64,000 nt of DNA, taken from NCBI GenBank assembly GCA_016870035.1, contig VGCJ01000003.1, forward strand, positions 3,270 through 67,269, in the 5' to 3' direction. The notes under the pieces are model-generated. The model was given only the letters and a program-made list of their open reading frames with translations. It was not told where the DNA came from and made no database searches. Of the stretch, positions 61,464-64,000 are shown piece by piece. This stretch comes from Alphaproteobacteria bacterium (GTDB lineage: Bacteria > Pseudomonadota > Alphaproteobacteria > Rhizobiales > Beijerinckiaceae). Within the stretch, counting starts at the first letter, position 1; every line of letters starts with the position of its first letter. Position numbers and translations under genes: made by a program.

Positions 61464-61503
61464 GAGGCTCTCTCTACTGATGCCCGCGTTTAAGAGCGAA
61501 CTC

Positions 61504-62067
61504 TTACTGCCGGAACGGGAAGTTAAATGCGCGAAGCAAAGCACGTGCTTCGTCATCGGTTTTCGCGGATGTGCAGATGATGATGTCCATCCCCCACGCA
61601 TTTTCCGCTTTGTCGTAATTGATTTCTGGGAACACGAAATGTTCCTTGATACCCATGGCGTAATTGCCACGACCATCAAAGCTCTTCGGGTTTAGTCCAC
61701 GAAAGTCACGCACGCGTGGCAACGCAATCGTCACCAAACGATCAATGAATTCATACATGCGATTCTTACGCAACGTTACCTTTGCACCGATCGGCATATT
61801 CTCGCGCACTTTGAATTGCGCAATCGCCTTACGGGCACGCGTGATCACTGGCTTTTGACCAGCGATCAAAGCAAGATCGGCAGCCGCAACCGACGCCTTC
61901 TTGGAGTCCGTTGTTGACTCGCCCACACCCATATTGATCACGATCTTTTCAATGACCGGAACTTCCATGTGGTTCTTGTAAACGAACTCTTGAATGAGCC
62001 TCGGAATCACAATCTCGGAATAGGTCTTCTTCAACCGCGGGGCGGCTGTGTCTACCTGATTAGCCAT
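61504..62067 (-). CDS. rplE: 50S ribosomal protein L5
   Basis: PRLKK.Y.E.V.P.L...F.Y.N.M.VP...KIV.NMGVGE. Start at ATG 62067, overlapping the rplX stop by 8 nt. Confidence 0.97.
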   Translation of the reverse strand: MANQVDTAAPRLKKTYSEIVIPRLIQEFVYKNHMEVPVIEKIVINMGVGESTTDSKKASVAAADLALIAGQKPVITRARKAIAQFKVRENMPIGAKVTLRKNRMYEFIDRLVTIALPRVRDFRGLNPKSFDGRGNYAMGIKEHFVFPEINYDKAENAWGMDIIICTSAKTDDEARALLRAFNFPFRQ

Positions 62068-62377
62068 CAATGAGATCTCCCGAACGCTTGGCGAAACGAA
62101 CCTTGCGGCCGTCGTCCATAATCTTGAAACCGACGCGTGTCGGCTTGCCGTCTTTCGGATCCGCAATCGCGAGATTGGAAAGATGAACTGGCAATTCTTT
62201 CGAGACGATGCCGCCTTCCTGCTGCATCGTCTGCTTCTGGTGCTTGCGCACAACATTGATACCACGCACGACCGCGCGGCTTTCCTTCGGCATCACCTGA
62301 AGGACTTCACCGGATTTACCGCTGTCGCGGCCGGTCAATACGACGACTTTGTCGCCCTTCTTGATCTTGGCAGCCAC
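62060..62377 (-). CDS. rplX: 50S ribosomal protein L24
   Basis: [19 protein letters not shown] and the KOW motif. Confidence 0.97.
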   Translation of the reverse strand: MAAKIKKGDKVVVLTGRDSGKSGEVLQVMPKESRAVVRGINVVRKHQKQTMQQEGGIVSKELPVHLSNLAIADPKDGKPTRVGFKIMDDGRKVRFAKRSGDLIDG

Positions 62378-62745
62378 TACAGCACCTCCGGCGCGAGCGA
62401 AATGATCTTCATGTGGTTCTTCGCGCGCAATTCGCGCGGCACCGGTCCGAAGATACGAGTGCCGACCGGCTCTTTCTGATTGTTGATCAGAACAGCGGCA
62501 TTCGAGTCAAAACGAATGACCGAGCCATCGGGACGAATGATGTCTTTCGCGGTGCGAACAACGATGGCCTTCATCACATCGCCCTTTTTCACGCGACCGC
62601 GCGGAATGGCTTCCTTGATGGACACAACGATAATGTCACCCACTGAAGCATAGCGACGCTTCGAGCCCCCAAGCACTTTGATGCACATCACTCGACGGGC
62701 GCCGGAATTATCGGCAACATCGAGATTGGTTTGGACCTGGATCAT
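62377..62745 (-). CDS. rplN: 50S ribosomal protein L14
   Basis: [31 protein letters not shown]. Confidence 0.98.
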   Translation of the reverse strand: MIQVQTNLDVADNSGARRVMCIKVLGGSKRRYASVGDIIVVSIKEAIPRGRVKKGDVMKAIVVRTAKDIIRPDGSVIRFDSNAAVLINNQKEPVGTRIFGPVPRELRAKNHMKIISLAPEVL

Positions 62746-62856
62746 CTTTTGATCCTTTCTCTGTCTCAGACTGGTTTCCGGAAACCCTTAGGTCGAGGGC
62801 ATCCGGACTTCGACTGACGGGGGTCTATGCCCCCCGCATTTCATTCCTTCACAAGA

Positions 62857-63096
62857 TCACGAAGACGCGACGTCAACAAGAACCCATGATTTCAAGCGCG
62901 AGATCGGCTTCGACTCTTCAATGCGAACTTCGTCGCCCACCTTTGCTTTATTGTGTTCGTCATGCGCATGATAATTCTTTGTGCGACGGACGGTCTTCTT
63001 GAGCAGGGGGTGGGTGAAACGACGTTCCACTTTCACCACAATCGTCTTGTCTTGCTTGTCGCTGACAACGACGCCCTGAAGAATGCGCTTCGGCAT
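62857..63096 (-). CDS. rpsQ: 30S ribosomal protein S17
   Basis: [26 protein letters not shown]...K...R.K.Y.AHDE.N. Start at ATG 63096; the track ORF is over-extended. Confidence 0.97.
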   Translation of the reverse strand: MPKRILQGVVVSDKQDKTIVVKVERRFTHPLLKKTVRRTKNYHAHDEHNKAKVGDEVRIEESKPISRLKSWVLVDVASS

Positions 63097-63106
63097 ATCG
63101 TGCTCC

Positions 63107-63322
63107 TTAAGCCTTTTCAGCGGTTGCCCGCTTGGCATTGGCAACCGTTTGCACGCGCGCGATGTCACGACGGACAACGCGAACGCGCGAGGAATTTTCA
63201 AGCTGACCTGTGGCCTTTTGGAAGCGCAGGTTGAACTGCTCTTTCTTGAGCTTCACCAGCTCTTCATTGAGCTGATCGGTGGTCATCGCTTTGAGATCGG
63301 AGAGACGCTGTGCGTTTTTCAT
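63107..63322 (-). CDS. rpmC: 50S ribosomal protein L29
   Basis: L..L.....[33 protein letters not shown]. Confidence 0.95.
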   Translation of the reverse strand: MKNAQRLSDLKAMTTDQLNEELVKLKKEQFNLRFQKATGQLENSSRVRVVRRDIARVQTVANAKRATAEKA

Positions 63323-63336
63323 GGCGTTGATCTTCC

Positions 63337-63750
63337 TTACTCGGCAATGCGCTGAACAAAGCGCGTCTTGATCGGAAGCTTCGCAGCCGCGAGCGTCAAC
63401 GCCTCGCGCGCGAGTTCAGCCGACACGCCGTCGATCTCGAACATGATGCGACCAGGCTTCACACGTGCCACCCAATATTCAGGCGCGCCCTTACCCTTAC
63501 CCATACGAACTTCGGCAGGCTTCGACGACACCGGCACATCTGGGAACACACGGATCCACACACGGCCCGCACGCTTCATGTGACGGGTTAATGCGCGACG
63601 CGCGGCTTCGATCTGACGGGCGGTGATACGCTCCGGTTCCATGGCCTTCAAGCCATATTCACCGTAATCGAGCGATGTCGCGCCTTTCGAGACGCCATGA
63701 ATGCGTCCCTTAAATTGCTTGCGGAATTTTGTTTTCTTTGGCTGCAGCAT
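63337..63750 (-). CDS. rplP: 50S ribosomal protein L16
   Basis: MLQPK.TKFRKQ.KGR..G....G..L.FG.YGLKA and RMGKGKG.PE.WVA.VKPGR..FE. Confidence 0.98.
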   Translation of the reverse strand: MLQPKKTKFRKQFKGRIHGVSKGATSLDYGEYGLKAMEPERITARQIEAARRALTRHMKRAGRVWIRVFPDVPVSSKPAEVRMGKGKGAPEYWVARVKPGRIMFEIDGVSAELAREALTLAAAKLPIKTRFVQRIAE

Positions 63751-63780
63751 GTTCCTAGTCCTTCGGTCCTTGCCGCCCTG

Positions 63781-64000
63781 TCAATTGGCCGCTTCGCGAC
63801 GGCCGCCCGAACGACCACCGTCGTCAGCCGTACGCTTGTCTTGCGCCATCGGGTCATGCTCAAGGATTTCACCCTTGAAGATCCAGACCTTAATGCCGCA
63901 AGTGCCATAGGTGGTAAAAGCCGTGCCGACGCCGTAATCGATGTCAGCGCGCAATGTGTGAAGCGGAACGCGTCCTTCACGATACCATTCGAGACGCGCG
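63781..64000 (-). CDS. rpsC: 30S ribosomal protein S3, C-terminal part; the 5' end lies beyond the window end
   Basis: Reverse-complement translation reads ...[44 protein letters not shown]...[11 protein letters not shown], with the stop at 63783..63781. This is the typical S3 C-terminus and lies upstream of rplP as expected. Confidence 0.9.
   Translation of the reverse strand, partial: ARLEWYREGRVPLHTLRADIDYGVGTAFTTYGTCGIKVWIFKGEILEHDPMAQDKRTADDGGRSGGRREAAN

Overview
This window is a chromosomal core segment of an alphaproteobacterium. Gene order and protein signatures look Hyphomicrobiales/Rhizobiales-like, but the organism was not identified. About 70 genes are packed densely and most lie on the minus strand.

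Gene content from left to right:
- Cell envelope and haem: partial acetoacetyl-CoA synthetase, AsmA-like protein, L,D-transpeptidase with a MarR/LdtR-like regulator, hemB, CAP-domain lipoprotein, bpt.
- A long housekeeping run: parC, recO, era, rnc, lepB, acpS, pdxJ, pyrE, rsh, rpoZ.
- NYN-domain protein, family-5-like UDG, ribA, dksA.
- A flagellar islet: fliX, flgI, a cheL/flgJ-like gene, a gene in the flbY position, flaG, flagellin.
- GH25 muramidase, mgtE, a choline-kinase-like gene coupled to a dimethylglycine/sarcosine dehydrogenase-type gene, ndh.
- A two-gene photolyase/cryptochrome operon, tRNA-Leu(GAG), orphan fliN, lipB.
- A TPR/O-GlcNAc-transferase-like gene, then pccA and pccB separated by a hypothetical gene, a GT2 gene and a palindromic repeat cluster.
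- ohr, ATP12, rluC, crcB, rarA, htrA.
- The ribosomal protein supercluster: rplQ, rpoA, rpsK, rpsM, adk, secY, then rplO through rpsC.

No CRISPR array, transposase, integrase, prophage or recognised defence system was found.

Main non-routine observations:
1. Five in-frame TAA/TAG codons and two frameshifts fall only in accessory genes: the LdtR-like regulator, all three genes of the flgI operon, the TPR-OGT gene and a DUF4160 toxin-like gene. Every housekeeping gene is intact.
2. A DUF4160 / DUF2442-HTH toxin-antitoxin-like pair sits inside the ribosomal supercluster between adk and rpsM.
3. A 405-aa photolyase-family protein has inverted domain order (NewPHL-like) and is translationally coupled to a canonical 511-aa family member.
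4. A cluster of REP-like palindromes lies in the GT2-pccB spacer.

All calls come from hand translation and motif recognition. No database search was run.
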